This document shows positions 27,238 through 37,551 of a stretch of DNA of 64,000 nt, piece after piece. Origin of the DNA: Octopus vulgaris (taxonomy: Eukaryota); assembly GCA_951406725.2 (NCBI GenBank), contig OX597833.1:58156001-58220000 (forward strand). The letters run 5' to 3'. Within the stretch, counting starts at the first letter, position 1. Every line of letters starts with the position of its first letter. Made by a program: the position numbers and the translations under genes. The notes below the pieces were generated by a model. It searched no databases, had not been told where the DNA came from, and was given only the letters and a program-made list of their open reading frames with translations.

Positions 27238-28146
27238 GGCACCTAATTTTTTAAACTTTTTCTTTTCAGGCCTAGTGTACCGTGGACTACGTGATCTAAT
27301 ACATTCCTGTTATTTCATCAGATGCTATTTTTAGTTGGTCGATTCAATAATGTAGCAGCTCTGTGGAGTGACACAGGAGTGGTATATTGTATTTGGTGAG
27401 CGTGGGAGGATAGTTCAATTGACTAAATCGATCTCAATACCTGTCTAATATCGATCACCGACATATTTATATATATATGCATGTGTCTGTGTGCGTGTAG
27501 GTCAGTGTTAAATATGCTGTAGAAAACATTTTGATAAATATGCTTTGGATGTGAATAAAATCTCCACTCTCGCCAGGCCCATGGGTATGTGTTCCCCCCC
27601 AGCTGGACGGGACGCCAGTCCATCGCAGCGTTACTCAAGAAACAGGAAGAGAGAGCGAGAGAAAGTTGGGGCGAAAGAGTACAACAGGGGTCGCCACCCA
27701 CCCCCTGCCGGAGCCTCGTGGAGCTTTAGGTGTTTTCGCTCAATAAACACACAACGTCCGGTCTGGGAATCGAAACCGCGATCCTCCAAACGCGAGTCCA
27801 CTGCCCTAACCACTGGGCCATTGCGCCTCCACACAACGTTGGATTTATTAACTTGAAAGATTGTACCCACATGGAACAAGTAGAAAACACCCTCTGTAAA
27901 GCCAATTAATAAACGGCGTTGTGACACTTATCCTTCCATAGTCGACACATATCTCTGCGATTTTATTTGGCGAAAATTGCAATTTATTTCACAAAATCCG
28001 AGAGTGCATTACAAAATTTCGTTTTCGAAATTACGCTTTTCGTATCGTATCCATGAACTGAAGAACGGTTTGTCTTTTCCTAATTTAACGTTTTCGCTGC
28101 TAAATATGTTGTGTTTGCTCCTTTTTTGGTCATTTTTCGCATTAAA

Positions 28147-28352
28147 TGTTACGACTTTTACTTCCTCTAAGCGATCGGATTCGGTCGTCTTCTCCGGGCC
28201 ACCAGAGAACGCGCCGACGACGGCGCGGAACGCTGCCGCGCGTAAGCGGACTCGTCGGCCAGATCCGAGGACCTCACCGGACCGTTCGATCGGTAGTAGC
28301 GACGGGCGGTCTGTACAAAGAGCAGGGACGTGATCGACGTGGGCTGATGACC
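28147..28352 (-). rRNA. 18S rRNA 3'-region fragment (helix 44 region), non-functional copy
   Basis: Minus strand reads GTCATCAGC...ACGTCCCTGCTCTTTGTACAGACCGCCCGTCGCTACTACCGAT...TAGAGGAAGTAAAAGTCGTAACA, the conserved eukaryotic SSU motifs. Both ends are truncated. Confidence 0.93.
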
Positions 28353-28366
28353 TATATATATCTGCA

Positions 28367-28411
<45 letters not shown>

Positions 28412-28417
<6 letters not shown>

Positions 28418-28594
28418 GTTATCGCCATACTAATATGGCATTCTTATAAAAATAAGAATAAAGCTGTCCGCTTATTAGCTCCATGAGGCCATCGCCTTAA
28501 GTTAGCTATTTGATACACAAACTGTATCCATATAACCTTCGAACAAGGGAGGTCAGTCGCTCCACACTACTTGACCGGCAGCTACAGACGCGTT
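28412..28594 (-). repeat. 183-bp terminal direct repeat, 3' copy
   Basis: Identical by eye to 33962-34144 (offset 5550); abuts (TA)n. Confidence 0.97.
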
Positions 28595-28622
28595 TCGGGG
28601 TATTGCCCCTTTTCAATGCAGC
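28581..28622 (-). ncRNA. Minimal type I hammerhead ribozyme, U3-A8 variant
   Basis: GCUGCA-UUGAAAA-GGGG(CAAUA)CCCC-GAAA-CGCG-UC^UGUAGC: 6-bp stem I, 4-bp stem II and palindromic stem III. Predicted cleavage between 28587 and 28586. Confidence 0.85.
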
Positions 28623-28905
28623 GTAGCCAGACCAGTAGGTGTCGCTTCTAAAATCTTTATTATGATTATAAAAATCTTACAGAGATAGTACATTACAATA
28701 CAAAACATAATTACAAAAAGTTTACGTTGTTCGTTTGATATTTACATATGTTGATTATTGATTATGATACTAGACTTTACTTTTCTCCTTTTTGTTTTTA
28801 AATTAAAAATGATTTTGGCCAGCTTGGTATATCACAGTCAGGATTCTTACCCGACAGCCTAAGAGCCCAGAGACTATTTTCTCCCTTCATGATGACCAAG
28901 CAGGG

Positions 28906-31900
28906 TTACTCACACCCACCTTTTTTATCACATCCTTCCATCGATTCACATACTTTTTCTGTGTCAGGTTCCTCTTCTCTAAATCCATCTTGCTCTTTAG
29001 ATGGTATCTGAAGTATTTTAACATACCATATTCCAGAGACAAAGGATCCTGACACCAAACCTTCCAATCTAGTTCTCCACACACACTCTTTCAGTACTGC
29101 CACCGTACAGTGAAAACAAGCCTCACCTTCCTTTGAGAGTCCAGCTGGCGGTATCATCTTTATTATAGAACCAGCCGATAGCTGTACTCGTCCCAGATGC
29201 GACAACACGTGTTCTACGTAACTTATTAAGCCTGACAGCTCCTGACAATGTACAAAAGCGTGCTGGACGGTTTCATCGTCCAACCCACATCTTGGACATG
29301 TCGGTGGCATTGACATTCCATGCCTATATAACTTATCGCGAACAGGTAGAGCATTCCTATAGCACTGCCAAGTCAGGGATTTTTGGTAATTGTCCAAATA
29401 CCCCGGCTTGAAAGTCTTCTTAAACAGGTCGTATAGTTGATCCTCATCGAACCCTAGAGCCCCTCTTAGGATGTCGTCATTTTTTGCCTCTACCATCCTT
29501 CTATAAAATGTCGAGGTGGTATTCCCGCAGCCGGCTTTGCCTATCTTGTGGATCAGCCAGAGTGCCTGTCGGCACTCTTTCTGCCATAAAGTCAGATTCC
29601 GTCTTTTAATGAAACCGGGTTTAAATCTCTCCATAGAGTCCGGTTGCGGGAAGAAATTATCTGCCAGCGGACTCCACACCTTATCACCTTCCAGGTGAAA
29701 CCAGAGATGTCTCAGTCTCAGCGCATGCCTGCGCATCATTAACCAAGGCATCCCCAGCCCACCCTTTAGTGGTTCCTGGCAACACACGGAGCGCCTTACA
29801 AGTGGCTTTCCTCCCTTCCACAAAAAGCGGAAAAGGAGTCGATCCAACTTGCTTAGCCACAAATCGGGGCAAGGCACGACAGTCAGGCGATAGGTGATTA
29901 CAGATGCTATAAACACCTGTACCACCTCCGCCCTCCCTTTCAAGGAAAGATGCCTTCCGGACCACTCCCGAACTATGGCTTCTACCTTGGTCACTACCTC
30001 GCTCCAATTTTTCTCCGTCTGGGAGTCTGAACCAAACCAAACTCCAAGCAATTTAACAGGACCATATGTCCAGTGTCCAACAACACTGGACGATATCGGC
30101 TTGTTCCTCCAGGTGCCGAGGCGCAAACCAGTGGACTTGTCCTTGTTAACTTTTGCCCCAGCCACCGCTTCGTATCTTCGGAGAGCACCTTCTACACGAG
30201 TTAGTTGTGCTTCGTTGGACACGATGAAGGTGACGTCATCCGCATACGCAGAAACAGACTTACCGCATCCGATTTCATTAGGATTGCATCTCACCGTCTC
30301 CAACTCCCGCAGCAATGGCTCAAGAGCCAAAACGTACAGGAGAGGGGACAAGGGACATCCTTGACGAACTGAACGCTTAATCGAAAACGGTTCCGTTAAG
30401 TAACCGTTTATCTGGACTGTGGATTTGATACCGCTGTACATAGCTGATATCCACCCGCGAAAGTCAGGACCTAGCCCAGCCGCTTCGAGAACCGTCGCCA
30501 GGTACTGATGATCTACCCTATCAAATGCTTTACTTTGGTCTAAATGGACCAATGCCCCTCCTTTGCCGGCTAATTGCCCAACCCTGTCTATAGTGTAGCG
30601 TAGAAGGTGAAGATTATCTTCGATCGACCTTCCTGGGATTGCACATGTCTGTGCCTTTCCGACAAGTTTTTCCATGACGACCTTCAACCTTTCTGCTAAC
30701 ACCTTGGCCAAAATCTTTAACTCTACATTAAGTAGAGTTATGGGCCTATAATTACTAATATTATCCCCCTTGCTCGGGTCTTTCTGGATCAGCGTCACAA
30801 CTCCCCGGCTCACAGAACTGGGAATCTTCCCATTCTGTTGCCAGTTTGCGTAGACGCTTGCCAGTATGTCCCCGAACAAGTCCGGCATACAACAATAAAA
30901 CTCATAGGGCAGACCATCCAGTCCCGGCGACTTTTCCCGGGCGCATTCAGCCAAAACCCCTCTTACCTCCGCGGGAGTAATCGGTCCTTCACAGCGTTCC
31001 GCTCTGCGTGGCGAGAGCCGATGCCCACCAGCTAGGAAGTTCTGTAAGTCCTCCCCTCGCTCGAGTGGATCGCCCTCCCCAAACAACCGAGCGAAATGCT
31101 GTTGAAAGACCTTCTGTATCTCCTCCTGTCCATAGATTTTGCGTCCCTGTTCGTCAGTTAAAGACTTAATAGAGGACTTTTTGCCCTTCTGACTCTCCAC
31201 ACGACGTGCCCATCCGGCAACATTAATACCTTCTCGTTTCACTGCACGTAGCTTAGCTCTGACTCTACATCCTTCATGCTTGGCATTGAGGTGACGGTAC
31301 AAGATCGTTCTCTCTGCTAACACTCTAGATGCACAGCCAGATCCCATTGCCTCGTCTAAGTTCTTAACTAAATCGCCCTCTATTCTAGTCCTATCTAAAC
31401 TTAGCTGGTTGCTAAATCTAATGGACTCGAAACGGATGGCTCTTTTGAGGGCGATCCACCATCTATTATTAATGATGGTTCCACATAATGCCCTCTGGAC
31501 TAATTCCATAATCCGGTTACGGAAAGCTTCACAAGCCAAAATAGACTTGTTCATTTTCCAGTATCCGGGTCCCTGTCTATGGCATTTATCTACATGTACC
31601 TCACACGTCACTAATTTGTGATCCGTGTAAGGCACAATACAAAATTGTGGACAGCTAATGCTATTCCTATCTCGTTCTTTAACAAATACCCTATCTATAT
31701 ACGATCTGCGTGAGCCGTCATTGTTACTCCACGTCCACTGTGGAATGCTCGGCTCATCCATTCGAAACCGATCTACTAGATTAAGGCTCGTCAGTAGACC
31801 CTTGAGGCAAGGATTTCCCCTTCTATCAGACGAGCCCACACTATCTATCCGCGCATCGATGATAGTGTTGAAATCCCCTACCAATACTACCGTTTTAGAC

Positions 31901-32286
31901 GTCACTAGAAAGTGCTCCAAGTTCCGATAAAAACCAGTCTGCCTACCCTCATTAGGAGCATAAACAGCTACCAACCTGAAGGACTGCTTACTCACGTGAG
32001 TTACATCGAGGACAACCAGCCTACCTTCTGGGTCCATAAAGACAGTACTTACCTGTAAGTCCAAGTTCTTCTTGATAAGGACTGCCACGCCTGCACTTCC
32101 TCCTCGGCTAGGAGAAATAAATTTCTCGTAACCATTGAGAAGATGCGAGAACGCTTGGGTTCCTCTCATCTTGGACTCGGTGACAATGGCTACATCTATT
32201 CTGTGTGTCCTGAGGTCGTCCAGCAAGCAAGCCTGTTTCCATTTCGACCCCATTCCACGCACATTTATACAGCCCAACTTAATCAT
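28906..32286 (-). CDS. LINE ORF2: AP-like endonuclease, reverse transcriptase and C-terminal zinc finger (Tx1-like)
   Basis: 1126 aa. APE motifs INVRG, VYAPN, GDFN, IDRVF, TDHKLV. RT motifs SPGLDG, YRPITLLN, DQSKAFDRVDH, VRQGCPLSP, YADD. Zinc finger CPRC...ETVQHAFVHC. Probable frameshift near 29030. Confidence 0.96.
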   Translation of the reverse strand: MIKLGCINVRGMGSKWKQACLLDDLRTHRIDVAIVTESKMRGTQAFSHLLNGYEKFISPSRGGSAGVAVLIKKNLDLQVSTVFMDPEGRLVVLDVTHVSKQSFRLVAVYAPNEGRQTGFYRNLEHFLVTSKTVVLVGDFNTIIDARIDSVGSSDRRGNPCLKGLLTSLNLVDRFRMDEPSIPQWTWSNNDGSRRSYIDRVFVKERDRNSISCPQFCIVPYTDHKLVTCEVHVDKCHRQGPGYWKMNKSILACEAFRNRIMELVQRALCGTIINNRWWIALKRAIRFESIRFSNQLSLDRTRIEGDLVKNLDEAMGSGCASRVLAERTILYRHLNAKHEGCRVRAKLRAVKREGINVAGWARRVESQKGKKSSIKSLTDEQGRKIYGQEEIQKVFQQHFARLFGEGDPLERGEDLQNFLAGGHRLSPRRAERCEGPITPAEVRGVLAECAREKSPGLDGLPYEFYCCMPDLFGDILASVYANWQQNGKIPSSVSRGVVTLIQKDPSKGDNISNYRPITLLNVELKILAKVLAERLKVVMEKLVGKAQTCAIPGRSIEDNLHLLRYTIDRVGQLAGKGGALVHLDQSKAFDRVDHQYLATVLEAAGLGPDFRGWISAMYSGIKSTVQINGYLTEPFSIKRSVRQGCPLSPLLYVLALEPLLRELETVRCNPNEIGCGKSVSAYADDVTFIVSNEAQLTRVEGALRRYEAVAGAKVNKDKSTGLRLGTWRNKPISSSVVGHWTYGPVKLLGVWFGSDSQTEKNWSEVVTKVEAIVREWSGRHLSLKGRAEVVQVFIASVITYRLTVVPCPDLWLSKLDRLLFRFLWKGGKPLVRRSVCCQEPLKGGLGMPWLMMRRHALRLRHLWFHLEGDKVWSPLADNFFPQPDSMERFKPGFIKRRNLTLWQKECRQALWLIHKIGKAGCGNTTSTFYRRMVEAKNDDILRGALGFDEDQLYDLFKKTFKPGYLDNYQKSLTWQCYRNALPVRDKLYRHGMSMPPTCPRCGLDDETVQHAFVHCQELSGLISYVEHVLSHLGRVQLSAGSIIKMIPPAGLSKEGEACFHCTVAVLKECVWRTRLEGLVSGSFVSGIWYVKILQIPSKEQDGFREEEPDTEKVCESMEGCDKKGGCE

Positions 32287-32557
32287 CGATGAATGAAGAA
32301 AGTTTGTTACTTACGGTTGTGAGAGGGAGCATGGCAGCTTTTGTCTGCCTGCCTCCCCACACTCTCCGTTGTTGCTGGGCATTTAACCGGCGTTGCCACC
32401 GGGCTCTGGGATGGAGTGGCTGCCGGGCTAATATTCAATTTTCCAGCTATCACCTCTTGTGTGACATCTTTAATCAGGTTGTCCCTCACGTGTAGTTGGA
32501 AGAGTCTCTCCTTCCATTCCTCCTCTCCAACCTTCGCATACCTCCAATCCGGGTTTT

Positions 32558-33664
32558 TTATTCCGATGATTTGAAACATTTTATGTTTGGTTTCGCCTTT
32601 ATGTACCAAACTACTCTCTCGTTTTTTGTGTTATAAGCAATGCACCTATCGGTTTTTTTTAATCCTTTTAAAGTTGGGGGCTGGGGTTTAATGAAATGCT
32701 GGCCTACAAAAGTAGTGCCAGCGGGGTGGGATTGGATAATTTTTTTGTGTTGCTCTTCTGCGTTTGTTTTTCTTTTTGTTTGGGGTGGGGAGTCTGGGGT
32801 ATTGGATTTCTTCCTTTTGTTGGTTACAGTCGTATATTCCATCACTTCCAGTTCTTTTCCATTTGATAAATTATTTTCCACCTCGTTTTCGTTTTCGTTT
32901 TGTTTTCCATTCATTTTCTTTTCCTCCTTTTGACTTTCATTTTGCTTTTTCCGGGTATTCTCTTTTGTTGTTGCTGTGATGTCTGCTTTGTTCTCCACAG
33001 CGGTTTGAATGGGGGCATTAACGGGTTTTTTCTTTTTGCACTCTGAGCGGACGTGACCCTTCTGCCCACATTTGAAACATCTGGGCCTACGTCCCTCCAC
33101 CGATACCCGCATAGTGTGTCCATCCCCCACGAAGACCCTGTATGGCAAACTCTCCAGCGTTGCATTGTCAGCTTGAACGATCATTTCAAGCTGCTGACCT
33201 TTCCAAAATTTTGCCTCTTTCATCCTCATGTTTAAAATGTTTAATTTCTCTTCTACGTCGAATACGACCGCTGTTGCTGCCCACATTACATCGTAACCTG
33301 TTGGTATATCCTCTATTGTTACCTTAGCTGTTCTGCGCCCTAAGTACGTGGGCAGCAACAGGATGTCTGCACTCTTCAACGTTTGAGTTGAAATTTCCTT
33401 CGCTATGCTAGCCGACTCGAAATGCGCTTCAATAGTAGCGCTTCTCACTCCTCGGCCAACATAGCGAACCTTGTTCCAAATTGGTGCCATGCACCGTTCT
33501 ACCAATTCATTTTTTACATCTGCAATCTTTTTTTCCTTAATATTATATACCTTATAAATTACCGTCTTCTCACGGATTGCTTGTAAGGTGTCAGGGGGCG
33601 GTATTATTCTCGTTTCTTCTCCATTCCTTTGTATGAACTTTCTGAACTTGAAGAGATCCCCCAT
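32558..33664 (-). CDS. LINE ORF1, gag-like nucleic-acid-binding protein with CCHC knuckle
   Basis: 368 aa with CFKCGQKGHVRSEC and a basic, low-complexity tail. Probably continues to 32307 through a frameshift. Confidence 0.88.
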   Translation of the reverse strand: MGDLFKFRKFIQRNGEETRIIPPPDTLQAIREKTVIYKVYNIKEKKIADVKNELVERCMAPIWNKVRYVGRGVRSATIEAHFESASIAKEISTQTLKSADILLLPTYLGRRTAKVTIEDIPTGYDVMWAATAVVFDVEEKLNILNMRMKEAKFWKGQQLEMIVQADNATLESLPYRVFVGDGHTMRVSVEGRRPRCFKCGQKGHVRSECKKKKPVNAPIQTAVENKADITATTKENTRKKQNESQKEEKKMNGKQNENENEVENNLSNGKELEVMEYTTVTNKRKKSNTPDSPPQTKRKTNAEEQHKKIIQSHPAGTTFVGQHFIKPQPPTLKGLKKTDRCIAYNTKNERVVWYIKAKPNIKCFKSSE

Positions 33665-33961
33665 TGCTACTTCCAGTTCTATAACATTGCCTCCAACACT
33701 TCCGAAAAACTTTGTTTCTCCTTTGTATCCTTTTGCTTTCCATTATTTATAACTTCTCCCATCTCGGGAAAATCAGAATTTGACGTTAAGTCAAGATCCA
33801 TATTAAAATGCAATGACTTGTCACAAGAGACAAGATAAAAATTAATTCCACACTGAATTAAAGTTCATATATAAAAAGAAATTTTCTACCTGTTTTCAAT
33901 AATAGAAATATTAAAATTACTAAGTCTCTCTAAAAGAGAACAACGGCAGCGTTCCCGAAAA

Positions 33962-34144
33962 ATAATAGTTATCGCCATACTAATATGGCATTCTTATAAA
34001 AATAAGAATAAAGCTGTCCGCTTATTAGCTCCATGAGGCCATCGCCTTAAGTTAGCTATTTGATACACAAACTGTATCCATATAACCTTCGAACAAGGGA
34101 GGTCAGTCGCTCCACACTACTTGACCGGCAGCTACAGACGCGTT
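33962..34144 (-). repeat. 183-bp terminal direct repeat, 5' copy
   Basis: On the minus strand it begins AACGCGTC^TGTAGC directly after (TA)n. Confidence 0.97.
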
Positions 34145-34185
34145 ATATATATATATATATAATCTTGCACAACAAATATTTAAAC

Positions 34186-34285
<100 letters not shown>

Positions 34286-34546
34286 ATGTATGTATGTATG
34301 TATGTATGTATGTATGTATGTATGTATGTATATATGTATGTATGTATCGGGGAAATGGTCACAGCTGAAATAATCAGTTTTTAACATATGGGCGATTGCT
34401 GATCGATCGGAACTGGCCTGGAGCACAGTAACAACAAAAACAATAATAACTACAACAACTAGAACAACAACAACAACAACGACAATGATAGTGAGAACTA
34501 CAACAACGTTTTTTTAAAATTATCTATGGACCCTTTGATTACTATT

Positions 34547-34931
34547 TTACTTTACTCTTTTCTCTTTTAATTGTTTCAGTCATTTGACTGCGGCCATGCT
34601 GGAGCACCGCCTTTAGTCTCGACTTATTCTTTGTAAGCCCAGTACTTATTCTATCGGTCTCTTTTGCCGAACCGCTAAGTGACGGGGACGTAAACACACC
34701 AGCATCGGTTGTCAAGCAATGCTAGGCGGGCAAACACAGACACACAAACATATACATGTATACATATATACGACAGGCTTCTTTCAGTTTCCGTCTACCA
34801 AATCCACTCACAAGGCTTTGGTCGGCCCTAGGCTATAGTAGAAGACACTTGCCCAAGGTGCCACGCAGTGGGACTGAACCCGGAACCATGTGGTTGGTAA
34901 AGAAGCTACTTACCACACAGCCACTCTTGCA
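34547..34931 (-). mobile_element. SINE family B
   Basis: Reverse complement match to 6999-7430. Confidence 0.9.
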
Positions 34932-35116
34932 CTTTGGTGCAACCCCTTTTAGACATTCGATCTCTGGTAACTAGTTTTATAGAAACCTCTTTCAGAATTC
35001 CTATTTTGGTTTTTACACATTAACTTAAATAGGTTGAACTCTGTAAAATGTTAGAGAAAACAACAACAAAAACCAAGCAGTTTCTTGCAATAAATACCAA
35101 TACATACAGTCTAAAG

Positions 35117-35706
35117 CAGTGCCCCGAAACCAGTATGCCGCGGCACACCAGTGTGCCACGAGACGATGCTAGGTGTGCCGCAGTGTAATCTGAATATAAT
35201 TGTTTTCCCCTATACTTTTAGTTATATTTTTTAGTTCAGGTGTGCCGCCGAATTTTGCAGGAGTGGCTGTGTGGTAGGTTAGCTTGCCTACCAACCATAT
35301 GGTTCCGGGTTCAATCCCACTACGTGGCATCTTGGGCAAGTGTCTTCTGCTATAGCCTCGGGCCGACCAATGCCTTGTGAGTGGATTTGGTAGACGGAAA
35401 CTGAAAGAAGCCCGTCGTATATATGTATACATGTATATGTTTGTGTGTGTGTATGTTTGTGTGTCTGTGTTTGTCCCTCTAGCATTGCTTGACAACCGAT
35501 GCTGGTGTGTTTACGTCCCCCGTCACTTAGCGGTCCGGCAAAAGAGACCGATAGAATAAGTACTGGGCTTACAATGAATAAGTCACGGGATCGATTTGCT
35601 CGACTAAAGGCGGTGCTCCAGCAAGGCCACAGTCAAATGACTGAAACAAGTAAAAGAGTAAAAGAGTATAAATGTGCCGCAATTGAAAACAGGTTGCGGA
35701 GCACGG
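35117..35706. mobile_element. hAT-like MITE interrupted by a family B SINE (35257-35668)
   Basis: Ends CAGTGCCCCGAAACC / GGTTGCGGAGCACGG with repeated GTGTGCCGC subterminal motifs. Imperfect 8-bp TSD GTCTAAAG / ACCTAAAG. Confidence 0.6.
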
Positions 35707-36099
35707 ACCTAAAGCAGACATTTTTCAGGCGCTCTTAAAATACTATTGTGGGTCACCAATTTACTATTTTGTGGCGTGGATCTTCCCCTCCAAAAAAAAA
35801 AAAAAAAAGAAAAATCTTATTTAGTCCCTAAGGAGCCGAATGAACTCGGTTGAGAAACACTCGTTTAAACGATAATTATTACATGTCACCATACAGGGAA
35901 AAATTGAAGTAATTATTAAATTATTATCATTTTTTTTTTTTTGACAACGGTAACTTACTGTATTTGATGGTATAACAAATGCCCAGGTAATATTAGAGGC
36001 GATCCTAATCTCACATATTCAGGAAAAGAAGAGTTTTGTGCACTAAAACATGTAATATAGGCCCAACTTTGCATTAAAAGGACCTGAAGTGATTTATCA

Positions 36100-36170
<71 letters not shown>

Positions 36171-36580
36171 AGATGGAAGATATGTGTGTGTGACCGACCA
36201 TTAGCTTGATCTCACGTAAAATCAATATTTTTCATCCGATTTCGTTCACACTTGATACATACATCACTTATATTCCACAGATGGTTGTACACTCTTGAGA
36301 GCTTTCACTTATGGAGTAATATGGAGTATGGAGCTTCTAGGGTCAGAAGCTAAGAAAAACATATATATATATACATATATACGACAGGCTTCTTTCAGTT
36401 TCCGTCTACCAAATCCACTCACAAGGCTTTGGTCGGCCCGACGCAGTGGGACTGAGCCCGGAACCATGTGGTTGGTAAGCAAGCTACTTATCACACAGCC
36501 ACTCCTGCACCTATACATATATATATATATATATACATATATAAAAATATATATATATATGTATGTATGTATGTATGTAT

Positions 36581-36653
<73 letters not shown>

Positions 36654-36710
36654 ATATATATATATATAAATATATATATATATATTAAAAATATATATAT
36701 ATATATATTT

Positions 36711-36825
<115 letters not shown>

Positions 36826-36858
36826 CAGGATTTGTAAGACTGTTTATAGATAAATGCA

Positions 36859-37190
36859 TTAGCCAATTAAATTTCAGCATAGTACGACTTCCACATTTTA
36901 CTTTTGTATTTTTGTAATTTTTCAATGTTGCATTTTACAATATTACATGTACTTTCATGTTTTATAGAAGTAACAAAATATTTTTTTAAAAAAACCACAT
37001 TTCAAACAGAAGCAGTATGTTTTATTGTTATTAACGAGAATGCTTTTATTCGAAAAGTCGTGTATTTTACTTTTGTCATTTCAGCAAAACAAGGTAGGAC
37101 TTGTAAAATTGCCATACATAATATTATTAAATTGTAAAGCTATAAAAATAAAATGTAGAAATCAAACTATGCTGGAGTTTACTCGAGTAA
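36859..37190. mobile_element. Old fold-back element or MITE
   Basis: Degenerate inverted ends CAGCATAGTACGACTTCCACATTTTA / TAAAATGTAGAAATCAAACTATGCTG. Confidence 0.5.
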
Positions 37191-37192
37191 TA

Positions 37193-37406
37193 TACGAGGG
37201 CGTACTGAAAACTTCCTGGCTTTGGGTAACAGAACATATAGTCAAAAGAGTTATTATGATTTTATTTAACATATTTACCTCTCAGAGTTACACACTTGTT
37301 GCAGTGATCCTTCAGTTTTACTAAGTCCTGTAAAAGGACTCGGAAGGTTGGGCCTCCAACCAGGCCTTTCGCGACACCCTTAAAGGAGCTTTTCAACATC
37401 CCTTGT
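37193..37406. mobile_element. Tc1/mariner-type MITE
   Basis: TACGAGGGCGTACTGAAAACTTCC / GGAGCTTTTCAACATCCCTTGT inverted ends in a TA context. Confidence 0.65.
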
Positions 37407-37417
37407 GTATGTATATG

Positions 37418-37449
<32 letters not shown>

Positions 37450-37491
37450 TGTATGTATGTATGTATGTATGTATGTATGTATGTGTGAATG

Positions 37492-37548
<57 letters not shown>

Positions 37549-37551
<3 letters not shown>

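Larger units (their letters stand above)
28654..33928 (-). mobile_element. Full-length L1/Tx1-clade non-LTR retrotransposon (28412-34144 if the terminal repeats are included)
   Basis: ORF1 and ORF2 in tandem, AATAAA near the 3' end, no poly(A). The inner boundaries rest on a possible 7-bp TSD (TCTAAAA). Confidence 0.9.

Noticed and set aside
28412-34144. LTR retrotransposon, or a 183-bp target-site duplication
   Set aside because: No TG..CA ends, PBS, protease or integrase, and ORF2 is APE-RT. A plain TSD would not explain why the adjacent internal sequence completes the ribozyme.
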